NCBI RefSeq assembly: GCF_963676685.1
Contig: NC_092346.1
Coordinates: forward strand, 51,336,001-51,400,000
Source of the DNA: Mytilus edulis
Lineage: Eukaryota
Reading direction: 5' to 3'
Length of the DNA: 64,000 bases
In this document: positions 24,907-37,750 of the stretch, one piece after another
How the letters are laid out: each line of letters begins with the position of its first letter
Position numbering within the stretch: position 1 is the first letter of the stretch
Notes under the pieces: model-generated
Database searches by the model: none
Seen by the model: the letters and a program-made list of their open reading frames with translations, nothing else
What the model was told of the DNA's origin: nothing
Made by a program: the position numbers and the translations under genes

Positions 24907-26154
24907 ATGACGTTAAGTAAGGACTGTGAAAGTTACATCATAAAAGATCCTGAGTATTATGAAATAATGGAGGACGAAATACCAATAGAGGATGACATTC
25001 CCGTAAACGAAAATTGTAAAAGGTTATTTTATAATGTCAAACAAGAGAATATTAATGGAAAACATGTCGTTTATACGGTCCAGGAATCGGAAGAGCCCGA
25101 CGTATATGACATTGACAATCAAATACCGCCTGATTATGATTACAGAGATTTTATTGCGACCAATAGGAAACAAGTGAACAATTTAAAGTATCGGAGAAGG
25201 CATAGTCTCCGGAAGTTTTCGGGCAAACACACTATAATACAAAAACAGCTGTCACATGCTGCGGAATCAGTAACACAAAAAAAGAAGATGTCCGAACACA
25301 AAATTGAAAAATATTATGAGCTTGATACTCAAATAAAACAACCAACAGAAGATAAAACGAGGGAATGTGAAATTTGCTTCAGGACTTTTTTGAAAAGAAG
25401 CAACTTAAAAAGACACATGGCTGTCCATGCAAATGAACCGGTTTCCATTAGAACATTTAAGAATAAGATTTGTGGCAAAACATTTGGGGAGAGAAGCAAT
25501 CATCAAAGTTCAAAATCTCACAATCATAAAATAAAAGAGGATCTGAAGAAGTTCAGATGTAAACTGTGTGGAAAACAAGAGTCGAATAAGAGAGATTTTG
25601 CCAGTCATATGAGAGTTCATACAGGCGAGCGACCTTTTCAGTGTGATCTGTGTCATCTCACCTTTAAACAAAAGAGTGGTCTCAGACGACACACTAGCGT
25701 CCACACTGGAGAATTTTTATACAAAGGGAAGCCTATCCAGTGTGAAATATGTGGACGTTTTTTTGGACAAAACCAGCAGTTAACACGCCATATGAAATGT
25801 CACAATCCATCATCTACGAGAGAATACAAATGCGGTCACTGTCCAAAAGAGTTCAACGAAAAGCACCATCTTGTACGACACGTTCGCTTACATACTGGTG
25901 AAAAACCCTATAAATGTGATTTTTGCGACCAAAGATTTACTTTTCACGCTGTTTATGCCAATCATCGAAGGATTCACACGAAAGAGAAACCTTATACGTG
26001 TGGTTTGTGTGACAAATCATTTACACAAAGGTCAACATTGGACTTTCACATGCATGTGCACTCTGGAGAACCTCGTTATAAGTGTAAAGTATGTGGAGAA
26101 AAATTTGGTCAGCACCATCGTCTGAAAAAGCACAAACTACAATTAAATCATTGA
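24907..26154 (+). CDS. C2H2 zinc-finger protein ZF-D (8 intact fingers, 2 degenerate)
   Basis: Acceptor cattttacag ends at 24900, ATG at 24907 (MTLSKD…IKDPEY). C2H2 array with TGEKPY linkers. Confidence 0.94.
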   Translation: MTLSKDCESYIIKDPEYYEIMEDEIPIEDDIPVNENCKRLFYNVKQENINGKHVVYTVQESEEPDVYDIDNQIPPDYDYRDFIATNRKQVNNLKYRRRHSLRKFSGKHTIIQKQLSHAAESVTQKKKMSEHKIEKYYELDTQIKQPTEDKTRECEICFRTFLKRSNLKRHMAVHANEPVSIRTFKNKICGKTFGERSNHQSSKSHNHKIKEDLKKFRCKLCGKQESNKRDFASHMRVHTGERPFQCDLCHLTFKQKSGLRRHTSVHTGEFLYKGKPIQCEICGRFFGQNQQLTRHMKCHNPSSTREYKCGHCPKEFNEKHHLVRHVRLHTGEKPYKCDFCDQRFTFHAVYANHRRIHTKEKPYTCGLCDKSFTQRSTLDFHMHVHSGEPRYKCKVCGEKFGQHHRLKKHKLQLNH

Positions 26155-27442
26155 AGATTTATGTATTTTAAAGGAAATTTTAGCTAAGTGTTGTGACTTA
26201 GGATTCGCTGTCTACTAGTATCATCCGCGCATTAAATCTGTGATAGTAACCTTTCACTTTTCTTAGCTTTGTCATTAAAGACTTATCATCAGTTGTCAGT
26301 TATTAATATGTATTTATACAATAGTGTTAAGATAACAGAATAGACAAGAATCCGAGAGTATTGCATGGATATATAGTCCCATGCCGGTTAAAAATTAGCT
26401 GTACTCGGAACAAAATGCTAACTTTATCTATAACTTGTCATGTAAATTATAAAACAAAACAAACAAATATCAACTCAATATCTTCAAGCATGACGAAAAA
26501 AATTTGGAAAACTGATTTTTTTTTAAAAGTCCAAGGACCATATACATTTTAAAAAGAAAAGCACGTTACTAAAGATAAAGAGCTTTGTGTCCATCATTAA
26601 TGTTGGTTCCCAACAGGCTAATTTATGTCAAAGGTATATTCAAACACTTAAAGAAGAAAATCAGTAATGTTGGTTCACAATAAGCTTATTTATACCAAAG
26701 GTATATTCAAATCCATAAGTCGAAGACAAACTGACAACACCATGTATACAACAAAATTAGACCAAAGACTCAAATGTCATTTACACCTTATACAATAATA
26801 TCAATAAAGCAAATAAACAATAAACAACTTAGGTATTTAGGTGGTATATAGTATATCAGACATCTTGGTAAACGATGTGCCCAGGATACTGTTTTAAATA
26901 AATCATTTGCAAAGATGCAGTTGAGATAACCCTAATGCCGCGTAATATATGACTGCTGCTGGAATCTTTCAATATCTGAACGTCAGCATTTTATCTAGCT
27001 TCCGAGTGTAGTAAACATATACACATCATCAGTACACAAACCTCCTACAGCACGTACATATGAATAGTGGATTAAAGACAAACAATCAAAGAGTAGCAGA
27101 CTTCGAAGGATTCCATCAATACTCTATATAAATTGATTCACTTACGAATATTGAATGCAGTTGGTTAATTAATAAAACATATTGATTGATGTGTGGAATG
27201 TTTCTGAGTGTGTAGATATCAAGTGCTACAGTATGGTGGAGGAGAAATAAGTGTATCTTATTTACACGATTAAGGTATGTCTTTATCTTTTAACGAAAGG
27301 CAGTATTAATCAGTCTCTATTTTCATTCAATGCATATTTACAAAACTATGCCCACTAAAAGTTTATAAGGGTAACAGAGCTCAGCAATGTGGGGCGATAT
27401 TAAATTCACTACCACCACCGATTGCAAAGAAATACCGAAAAG

Positions 27443-27580
27443 CATAGGCGGATCAAGGGGGGGCCCTTTAGTGGGAAAAATTTGGTTGATTATATAGGGA
27501 ATCATTGAAGCATGACTGGAGCGGGGCCCCCTTAGGTCAGTCAGCGAGTCCCCTTAGGAAAAGTTCTGGATCCGCCACTG
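27443..27580. mobile_element. ~135-bp MITE (ggcggatc TIR family); other copies at ~3810-3928 and ~33408-33571
   Basis: cataggcggatc…gatccgccactg with a shared internal ctccagtcatgcttca / ccctatataatcaacca core. Confidence 0.7.
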
Positions 27581-27824
27581 GAAAAGTCATCAATATATAA
27601 CCCGATTCCACAAAGCAAACATAATTTACACATGTTAAGGCGGAAATGCTTGGGACGAGACATTAAGATGACGATAGATTTAAGGGTTATCGATAATAAC
27701 TGATACACGGAAACACAAAAACTAAAATTAATATAGCATGTATAGTATCGCTATAGTAGTAAGCCGAACTTAATAAGTACTTGTATGAAAACATCATATC
27801 AATCGTTTACTAGTATTTTATATA

Positions 27825-28271
27825 TAGTATGAAATTCAAAACAGTGTAGCTGTGGCCATTGATTGACACATTAAAATCATTCATTGACTGGGACAATTTA
27901 GGTGAACGTTTGTATGTAACGACCAATGCTCACTATGTACTTTTTAAAGACACTTAAACTATGGGGTCACCAAAGGTTCTCAACACCTAAATAAAGTAAT
28001 TCGAAAAATTAATCAGAAATAACACGATATTTTGATTTATGTCAATTATATAAATCAAAACACAAAGGTTATTCCTGATTAATTTTTCGAATTATTTTAT
28101 AATTAAAGGCGTTAAGAAACCTTTGTTGACCCCACAGTTTAAATGTCTATCGTAGGTACGTCATGAACAGTGGTTGTTACAGACAAACGTTCACGTAAAT
28201 TGTCCCAGTCAATGGATGATTTTGACGGGTCAATCAATGGCCACAGCTACACTGTTTTGAATTTCATACTA
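27825..28271. mobile_element. ~450-bp foldback MITE (near-complete palindrome, TA-flanked)
   Basis: tagtatgaaattcaaaacagtgtagctgtggccattgattgac matches the reverse complement of the right end exactly, and pairing continues to a centre at ~28047. Confidence 0.9.
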
Positions 28272-28893
28272 AATAAGGAAGAGATTAGATAGGGTTGCAT
28301 GCCAGTGGGACAACTATCCCTGAAGACCAACGCAAAACATGTGAATGATTAGACTCACGGGGCGGGATTTCAACCCTCCCATTTATTTGTGGCTGTGGTA
28401 CATAATAACACAACGCAAGCATAAACTAAAACCCATTTACAAAATACTAATACATTGGTACAAGACACAAAAACAAATGACACAACCACACAACGTAACG
28501 ATCTTAAAAAGTACTTGCAGTTATTGAAAGTAAGTTCAATAACCAATTTCAACAATAATAAATGGAACCTATGCTATCAATATTTCATATTTTTATCCTT
28601 TTTTAGTGTTCAATAAAAAAAAATGAAATGGCTTCCGAGGAACACAGCAAATCTTATACGTTGAATTGGGTACTTATAAAAACTATTTCCTTGAAGGTCA
28701 ATTATCTGTCGTGAATCTAAGCCGCACACCAAAAGTGTTTTCTAACTTTAACTTTTAATAACCCGTAAAGGATAAATGCGGCTTTATTTTTTTAAATCTG
28801 CGATATTCGTGTTTTTTGTTTCTGGTTTTCCCGAATCTTAATTGTAGTTTTATGCTATTTTCATTTCACAGGATGTTTTGAAACACATGAATT

Positions 28894-30261
28894 ATGGCTT
28901 GCATTAAAGACGATGGAAATTACGTTATAAAAGATCCTGAGTTTTATGAAATAAATGAGGACGAGATACCGATAGAAGACGAAATAACCGCAAATGAAAA
29001 TTGTGCAAGGTTATTTTATCATGTCAAACAAAAGTATATCAATGGAAAATATATCGTACATACAGTCCAGGCATCTGAAGAGCCCGACATGGACGACATT
29101 GATAACCAAATTCACCAAGATGATTATCACAGAGATTTAATCAAGACCAAAAGGAAAGATGTGAAATCGTATCGAAGAAAGCGTGTTGGGTGTGACATTT
29201 GTCTCCGAAACTTTCCGGACAGGCGCACAATGATTCAACACCGCCTGTCACATGATGGTGAAAGAGCAAAACAAAAACAGAAAAAGTCAGAAAATAAAAA
29301 GAAAAATAACCACAAGATAGGTCCAAAAATTAAAAAAACAAAAAGAGATAAAACTTTGGAATGTGACATATGCTTCAGAACCCTTTCAAGTAAAAGCAAT
29401 TTAGAAAGACATATGGACGTTCATTTAAGGGAACCAGTTTACAATAGAACATTCAAGTGTCAGATCTGTGGTAAAACGTTTGGAAAGTTCAGTCGGTATG
29501 AAAGTCATACACAAACTCACAACTCTGATATAAATAACGATAACAAATTTAGATGTGGAGTGTGTGGAAGGGCAGAAAAGGGCAAAAGAGATTTTGAAAA
29601 CCACATGCGAGTCCATACAGGCACACGGCCATATAACTGTGATATATGTGACCGCTCCTTCAAACAGAAGAGTCATCTGAGACGTCACAGTCGCGTTCAC
29701 ACTGGGGAATCTGCCTTATATAAATACAAGGGGAAAATTATCCAGTGTGATATATGTGACCGCTCCTTCAAACAGAAGAGTCACCTGAGACGTCACAGTC
29801 GCGTTCACACTGGAGAATATGCCTTATACAAGGGGGAGATAATCCAGTGTGATATATGTGGACGAAATTTTGGACAAAACCATCAACTCATTCGTCATAT
29901 GAAATGTCACTATCCCCCTACCACGAAAGAATACAAATGCGACTACTGTCCAAAAGAGTTTGCCGAAAAGCATCATCTTGTTCGACACGTTCGCCTACAT
30001 ACTGGTGAAAAACCTTATAAATGTGATACTTGTGACCGAAGTTTTACTTATCATGCTGCTTATACTTGTCATCGAAGAATTCATACAAAAGAAAAACCAT
30101 ACACGTGTAGTCTGTGTGACAAATCGTTTACACAACTGTCAACAATGAAGTTTCATATGCACGTGCACTCTGGTGAACCTCGTTATCAGTGTAAAGAATG
30201 CGGAAAAAAATTTGCGAAGCATTCTGATTTTAAAAAGCACAAAATTTGCGAAGCATTCTGA
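28894..30261 (+). CDS. C2H2 zinc-finger protein ZF-E (11 fingers including one internally duplicated finger; frameshifted C-terminus)
   Basis: 455-aa ORF with acceptor catttcacag ending at 28871. Closest paralogue of ZF-D. Confidence 0.95.
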   Translation: MACIKDDGNYVIKDPEFYEINEDEIPIEDEITANENCARLFYHVKQKYINGKYIVHTVQASEEPDMDDIDNQIHQDDYHRDLIKTKRKDVKSYRRKRVGCDICLRNFPDRRTMIQHRLSHDGERAKQKQKKSENKKKNNHKIGPKIKKTKRDKTLECDICFRTLSSKSNLERHMDVHLREPVYNRTFKCQICGKTFGKFSRYESHTQTHNSDINNDNKFRCGVCGRAEKGKRDFENHMRVHTGTRPYNCDICDRSFKQKSHLRRHSRVHTGESALYKYKGKIIQCDICDRSFKQKSHLRRHSRVHTGEYALYKGEIIQCDICGRNFGQNHQLIRHMKCHYPPTTKEYKCDYCPKEFAEKHHLVRHVRLHTGEKPYKCDTCDRSFTYHAAYTCHRRIHTKEKPYTCSLCDKSFTQLSTMKFHMHVHSGEPRYQCKECGKKFAKHSDFKKHKICEAF

Positions 30262-33200
30262 TTTTAAAAAGCACAAACTAGAATGTAATCATTAAAATGT
30301 GAATTTTAAACGTTGATAAAATGTGATTGTGATTTACTTTTAAGTCCAATGGCAAATATTTCATTCAGGTTCAGGACTAGCTGAACAAATCTAACTCATA
30401 TATTAAGATAGCACCATTTTAGTCACGTGTTTATTTTGCACGAAATACATAATATCCATATTTTCAACAGAGCATAAAGATTGATTGATTCTTACGTTCT
30501 TAATAATCTTACTTCAAATCTAATACATTGTCCTATTTTTCCATGTTGATGGTATTATTTATGAAGTGTAAAAATATTTTGATATAAATGGACACACTTA
30601 TCATAGGCCAAAATAAAAAAATACTTGAAATTTTGGTGTTTTTACTAAAGATTTTGTATACCAGTGATATCACCAGTCCCTGGTGCTCGCCATTTTATGC
30701 CACTATGAAACCAACAGTAGAATGACTTAATAAAGCAAGAAAGTCAACTTTTTTGGGGTTTACGATTGCTATAAAATGATTTTAACTGAGCTCAGTTTAT
30801 ATAAAAATGATGCATCTTCCGGCTCACAAATTCAGACAAGGATCAAATAAGGTGTCACGGTACAAAATGAAATAAGCACGTTATGTATGCATGAATACGT
30901 CAAAAGATTTTTTGTTATTTTACTTTCATCAAAAATGCTTAACCCCAAATGCATAAGTATCTGAACACATAAAGAGCTTTGTTACCAAAAACAACCGAAA
31001 AATAATAAGTCAAATCAATCCAAGGACAACCTGTCTTAGAAACAAGATTTGTTTGAACATCAATGTTGAAAATTATAAACAACCTTGAGCGACATGGTCA
31101 CTGAAATTTGGATTTGAATAGTAACCTTCTGAGTCTCTTCGAACACAATTTTAAGAAGCCACAATCATATAGGACAATCCGACATCTGTGTCAAAAGTTT
31201 TAAAAAAAAACGGTAAAAATATGTTTTTTCGTGCATAGCATTACTGGTGTTTACTTATTATTTGGAAACTAGGTTTAGGTTTGTGTAATATCTTACATAA
31301 TTTTGCAATTTGACGCCAGAAGTTTGATTTAGTTTAATTTCAAAGTACATATACCCTATAGATATTATTGTTTCATGCAGATTGGTCTCCGATGAGAACA
31401 TTTTTTTGCACTAGACAAAGACCATGAAGATCCCACTTCGATTTATACAAAACTAGATCTGAATTTTGACTATTCCATAATGTGCATGTTCGTACCACAA
31501 CCTTTCTATGGACCTTATAAGATCCTGTTACGATTTCGCTACGATAGTAACACGTTCTAGTCACGATCTTTCCGATCGCAATACTATATCAAGTAAAAGT
31601 AGAGATAACAACCGAAAGAGGTCGTGCAGTTTTCGTGACTAGGACGTACATTTAGTAGAATCGTAATTGAGGTCGTACTGAGGACGATTGTCTTCTTCTT
31701 CGTAGAATAATCGTAAAGACGCAGTGAAATCGGGATAGTCGCAGTTAAATCGTGTTAAGATTGCAGCAAAATATTTGCCATTGGATTCCCCGATTGCACC
31801 ACGTTTCCAATACGATGCTTCTACGCCCATCCCGATCTTACTACGTCCTTTCTACGTTTCTAATACGACTAGGTTATGAATGTTCTGAACATGTTCAAAG
31901 TTTGCCGTGGACCTCCACGATCACGAAGACTTGGCAGCTTCTAAATACGACCTTACCACGATCTTTTTACGAGTTTCATAATTTTTCATAATTTCTGAGA
32001 TCGTATAGTGGGATCTTGATCCTATTTACACGTGATTGGTGTACAATAGCGAGTTTCGATCGATCTGAATTTTAATCAGATTGACGATCTCGTTTAATTT
32101 AACCATGTTTAATTTCTATATTTGTATCAATTTGTTATAATTGGTTACAATTCTCTCATTCGTTGACTGTTCATACAGCTAATGCAGGCCCTGTCGACCA
32201 TGGTTGTCACCGATAACATTTACCACGGCATATTCTTAGGCAGCGGACAGTGGATGTCCTTTCAAAGGCCACGATGTCAAATTCATAATCTCATCGCATT
32301 GCACGAACCTCAGATTTAACATACATGTAGTATGTAATCTAAAAAATACTATTAATTCCACTATTTCGTACTTGATTACATCTTTAAGTTTCTATGAGTT
32401 GTATACATTGTTTCTAAGCGCGGATCTAGTAATGATCTTCTAATAGATTACAGAACAGGCCCACAAAACGTTGATAAGACACATATTAGGGGAATGCAAT
32501 TGCCGGTGAGACAAATATCTATATTGGAAATAAACACACAGGTCATCGGATGAGCTTCAACAATGAATAAAAAACCATAAAATTCACAAACTGAGCACTG
32601 CAGTCAATGACATACTAGTAATTCAAAAAAAAATGAAGACCACCAGTGTCCATGTTACTGCAGGCTCCTGGTTTCTGCCATAATTTATGTGATGCAAGGT
32701 GAATCATTATTTTAGTGCAGCATAGTCCTAGTATCAGAATGTTGTACAAATAAAGCCTATAAGATTCTTAGATAAGGTTAAACAGCTAAAACTATCATAT
32801 CCAATACAAACCATTTCAATGTATATACATATAAGAGGAATGCTGAACTCAAAGTAACCCCAGTTTCGTTCAGATCGTCCACATCTCTTGTGTACTAATC
32901 CTTGATCAATTCCCTGTGATGCATAACAGCCTTCTTATACACCTATTTTATGTGAGCTTATAATTTTATCTACCAAAATTTAAAAAAAAAATGATGTGGA
33001 AAGGTTATTTTCACAGAAGATCAAAGATTTAAAATAGGCTTAAACACAAAAGAAAACGTTAATAGTAGTGTTAGTTTATACGTAAACAAACAGACAACTT
33101 GATGTGACAAGAAACAAAGCTTAATGGAACTTTCCTTTTTCTCCATTTCAGAGTAGCACTGTATATGGTACATGTACACAAGCAGTGGATTCTGTTTTCT

Positions 33201-35189
33201 TACAGAGTAAAACAATACATTGTACCTACCTGTTTGTGGTTTTTATCTGTACTGTAGTTACACACAGCCTCTTAAATTTAAGCCTCTAGACTATTCAAAA
33301 AAATCTTTTCGAATATATTATTACTTGTTTGTTCTAATCTGATTGAAGTTTCAATCCTGGATATGCAAATTTTACAACTAAATGCCAACTTCATTTTAAA
33401 TTGTTTTCAGAGGTCGGGATTGTGAGGCGGGGGGAGGGGGGCAGACACACCCCTTTAGTGGGAAACATTTGGTCGATAACTTACAGAATCACTGAAGCAT
33501 GGCTGGATCGAGCGGGCACCCTCATGGGCAGTAAGTGGACACCCCTTATAAAAATTCTGGTTCCTCCACTGGTCTGGTCAACAGGTCAAACTGTGACAGA
33601 ACTGAACGTTCAAACGATTTAAATTGTTTGCAGTCAGGTTTCCATCTCGTAGTTTGTCACGTCTAGCATCTTATCTTACTTTAACATGCATGATTTAGTA
33701 AACACCTACCTGAGAAGTAACCGTTCTTTTGCTGCCCATTGTCCACGTGGATTTGTTTACAAAAGTCTCTGTCAATGTGGACACGCTTTTATCAAACATT
33801 TATGTGATTACAGTAATAAAATATGAGTCGTCATGTATAAGGAGACGAGCGTGTTCCGAAAAACAGTTTTGATTTAGCTTGATTTGTTGGGGACTGTGAC
33901 CAACTTGAATATGATGCAAGTTACTTTTTAGTCTCATTAATTACATACATATTCCAACAGAGATTACTATAAAACATGTGTTTTAATAATCTTAGCATTC
34001 CAATAATTTTTAAGTCACATTAAATTTCAAAATACAAACACTTTTAGTTAATTGAATTTGGTCAAAGTTCCTTTTACTATTTATGCTCACAAATGTTGGC
34101 TTTGTAAAAAAAAAAAAAAAAAACGATTCGAGAGACATTAGCTGGAAAGTTTGTTTGTTTCTGTGGTGTTTTTTTCTCACAGATACATGTATGTATCAAT
34201 CTAATCAAAATATAAATCTCTTATCGAAATTTCGTTATTCTCATATGACGCAAGTTACCGGATGGATCTTTATTTTAATATGATGTGTAAATTTCTTTGA
34301 TATCTCAAAATTTGATCTCTTTGATCCTTGCCGTATAAAAAAATAACACAATATTAGAGCCCCCCCCCCCCCCCCCTTTTTTTTCCCTGTTTGTGGTTTG
34401 AGTAATTTGCTGACACAATATAGACTTAAATTGTTTATAGAAACAAAGAATAATAAATCTTAGCCACTAGAAGAAACTTCACATATTCACAGAAAAGAAA
34501 AAAAAATATTGTTAATTTCTCTATCATAAATTCACAACTAAGATGCTCGCAAAATAAAATGAAACAAAAACATTAAGATGTACTATATACTAAGATGTAA
34601 AAGATATCATCCTCATTATACAATAATGGTATGACACAGTTGGATAAATCAACAACACTCTTTTATGAAAAGTTAATGGGGGATAAAACCCGATCAAAAC
34701 ATGGGATAACTTCCCGGCTATTGAAAAACTTTACTTCCGATAAATGTATGTCAGCTATCCCCATTATGATTGAAGGTGCAAAGCAAGCAGATAATGCATG
34801 AATCTGACCGATATATTCAAGGAAAAAATACACGCTAGGAGCTCGAGATGGTTTGGCTGAATTTAAATCCGTCAAAATAATTATTTCTTAGAAAAATTTG
34901 TCATCTCTGTTTGATAGATCGTTGTGTCCAGTTACAAGTTGTACATGCAATTTTTCCAAGACCTGTTTTAAACATCCTTTTAATATTTACACTTTCTGAA
35001 GTAGGGATCAACTTTTATTTGAATTATTTAAAAGTGATTTTGCTGACAGTCATTGGTTATATAGTTCTCCCAAAGTGAAACGCATTTTTATATTATTATT
35101 TGTTATATTTGAAATTCCTGCAAAAAAAAATCACATGTCTAAGGGTATCTTCACCCATGTTTTCTATAAGTAAATGAAAATAAAAAATG

Positions 35190-37750
35190 GATTTGACAAT
35201 GCTTTCTTAAATTGTCAGATTGCTTTGGATTTGTCCATATACCTGTTTCATTGCCTTTTATTTGCCAATATACCTGTGTTATTGCTTGGTTTGTTGATGC
35301 ATCTGACAATGTAACATTGTTTTTGATTTGTCCATACAATTTTCTCTTTGCCCTCATTTTGCCAATACAATTGTCAACATTTTGCCAATACAATTCATTT
35401 TTGTCAAATTGCTTTTGATTTGAAAATACAACTGTCTCGTTGCTTTTGAGTAGTTTATACAACTGTCAGTCTACTTTTAGATCTAATTTGTCAATACACT
35501 CATGCACTCATCTCTTGCGTTTAATCTGTTAGTTTTGATTATATAACTGCTGTCCCATTCTTTTGATTTGTCCCTACGTCTGTCTAATTGAGCTTTTTGG
35601 TTTGTCCAAAATTCCTCCCAATTGTGTTTGATGTCTCCATACAAATTGACGTCTGGTTGTTTTGGGGTTGTCACCTGTCTGATAAATTTTGATTTGTCCA
35701 CACACCTGTTGCTTTTCATTTGTCAATATACTTGTCTTGTTGCATTTCATTTGTCAATATAAAATTGAGAATGGAAATGGGGAATGTGCTAAAGAGACAA
35801 CAACCCGACCATAGAAAAAAACAACAACAGAAGGTCACCAACAGGTCTTCAACGTAGGCTAGCGAGAAACTCCAGCACCCGGAGGCGTCCTTCAGCTGGC
35901 CCCTAAACAAATATATACTAGTTCAGTGATAATGAACGCCATACTAATTTCCAAATTGTACACAAGAAACTAACACAAGACTAACAAAGGCCAGAGGCTC
36001 CTGACTTGGGACAGGCGCAAAAATGCGGCGGGGTTAAACATGTTTGTGAGATCTCAACCCTCCCCCTATACCTCTAGCCAATGTAGAAAAGTAAACGCAT
36101 AACAATACGCAAATTAAAATTCAGTTCAAGAGAAGTCCGAGTCTGATGTCAGAAGATGTAACCAAAGAAAATAAACAAAATGACAATAATACATAAATAA
36201 CAACAGACTACTAGCAGTTAACTGACATGCCAGCTCCAGACTTCAATTAAACTGACTGAAAGGTTATGATTTCATCATATGAACATCAGGCACAATCCTT
36301 CCTGTTAGGAGTTTAGTATCATACCATCATAACATATATGAGAAGAATATAACCCGTGTCATGCCAACAACTGGTTTTTGAATAAATGTGTTTAGTTCCG
36401 ATGCAATATACTTGTCTTGTTGCTTTTGATTGTCAATATACTTGTCTTGTTGCTTTTCATTTGTCAATATACTTGTCTTGTTGGTTTTGTTTGTCAATAC
36501 GATCTCTCGTTTTAATAATTTTCTTTTTATACAACTTCTGTCCCGTTTAATCTGATTTGTCCCTGTGTTTGTCTCATTTTTTTGAATTGTCCATACAAGT
36601 CTCCTTGCTTTTTTGTCTGTCTCGTTGGTTTTTAGTTATCCATGCAACTCTCTCATTGATTTTGAGTTGTGCTTACACATGCTACGTTGCTTTTGATTTG
36701 TCAATTCAATGTCATGTTTCCTTTAATTGTAATACATATGCTGTCCAGTTTCTGATGATTTTTCCTACGTCTTACTCATTGGTTTTGAGTTGTTCATACA
36801 TATTAATAATTGCGTTTGATTTGGCTACAGACTGTTCTCGTTGCTTTTGATTTTCCATACACCTGACACCTATTTCATTGCTGTTTTAATGCATAATGAT
36901 TGTCCGTAAACTTGTTGACTTATTGCTTTTGATATATTAATATAACTGCTTTCCTGTTTCTTTTGATTTGTCCCAACGTCTGTCTCATTGCTTTTGATTT
37001 GTCCCTACGTCTGTCTCATTGCTTTTGATTTGTGTCTACGTCTGTCTCATTGCTTTTGATTTGTGTCTACGTCTGTCTCATGGCTTTTGGTTTGTCCTTA
37101 CGTATGTCTCATTGCTTTGATTTGTCCCTACGTCTGTCTCATTGCTCTTGATTTGTCCCTATGTCTGTCTCATTGCTTTTGATTTGACCCTATGTCTGTG
37201 TCATTGCTTTTGATTTGTCCCTACGACTGTCTCATTGCTCTTGATTTGTCCCTACGTCTGTCTCATTGCTTTTGATTTGTCCATACACCCGTCTCATTGT
37301 TTTACATTGGTAGACACAGCTGCTTTCCCGTTTCCATTGATTTGTACCTACGTCTGTCTGTCTCATTGATTTTAATTTGTCAATACAGTTTTTACGTCGC
37401 TTCTAATTTGTTAATACAATTGTCTCTTGCTTTTGATTTAATACAATTGATGTTCCTTTCTTATTATCTGCCTTTAACCTGTCTGGCTTTTGATATTTGT
37501 TGGTCCACTTGTCACGTTGCTTTGACTTGTACATACACTTGTCACACTTTTGATTTGTCCATGCTTTTAATTTGCATATTCAGCTGTCACACTGCTTTTA
37601 TTTGTCAATACAATTGTCTTCTTTCTTTTGATCTTTTAATTTCTGTTAATTCAACTGCCGTTTCTATTAATTTGCCTTTTAAAACTGTCACAATGCTTTT
37701 GATGCTCAGGGAACCTGATTCGTTGCTTTTGTGTTGTCAACTGTTTCGTT
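35190..37750. repeat. Degenerate ~31-bp satellite (ttgcttttgatttgtccctacgtctgtctca), homogeneous core at ~36960-37300
   Basis: Recurrent ttgcttttgatttgtc motif at ~31-bp spacing. Confidence 0.85.
35762..36403 (-). mobile_element. Retroposed SINE/LINE-tail element inserted in the satellite; second copy at 37992-38310, fragment at ~4260-4340
   Basis: Starts aaattgagaatggaaatggggaatgtg…aaagagacaacaacccgacc; flanked by caatata at 35755-35761 and 36404-36410. Confidence 0.8.
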
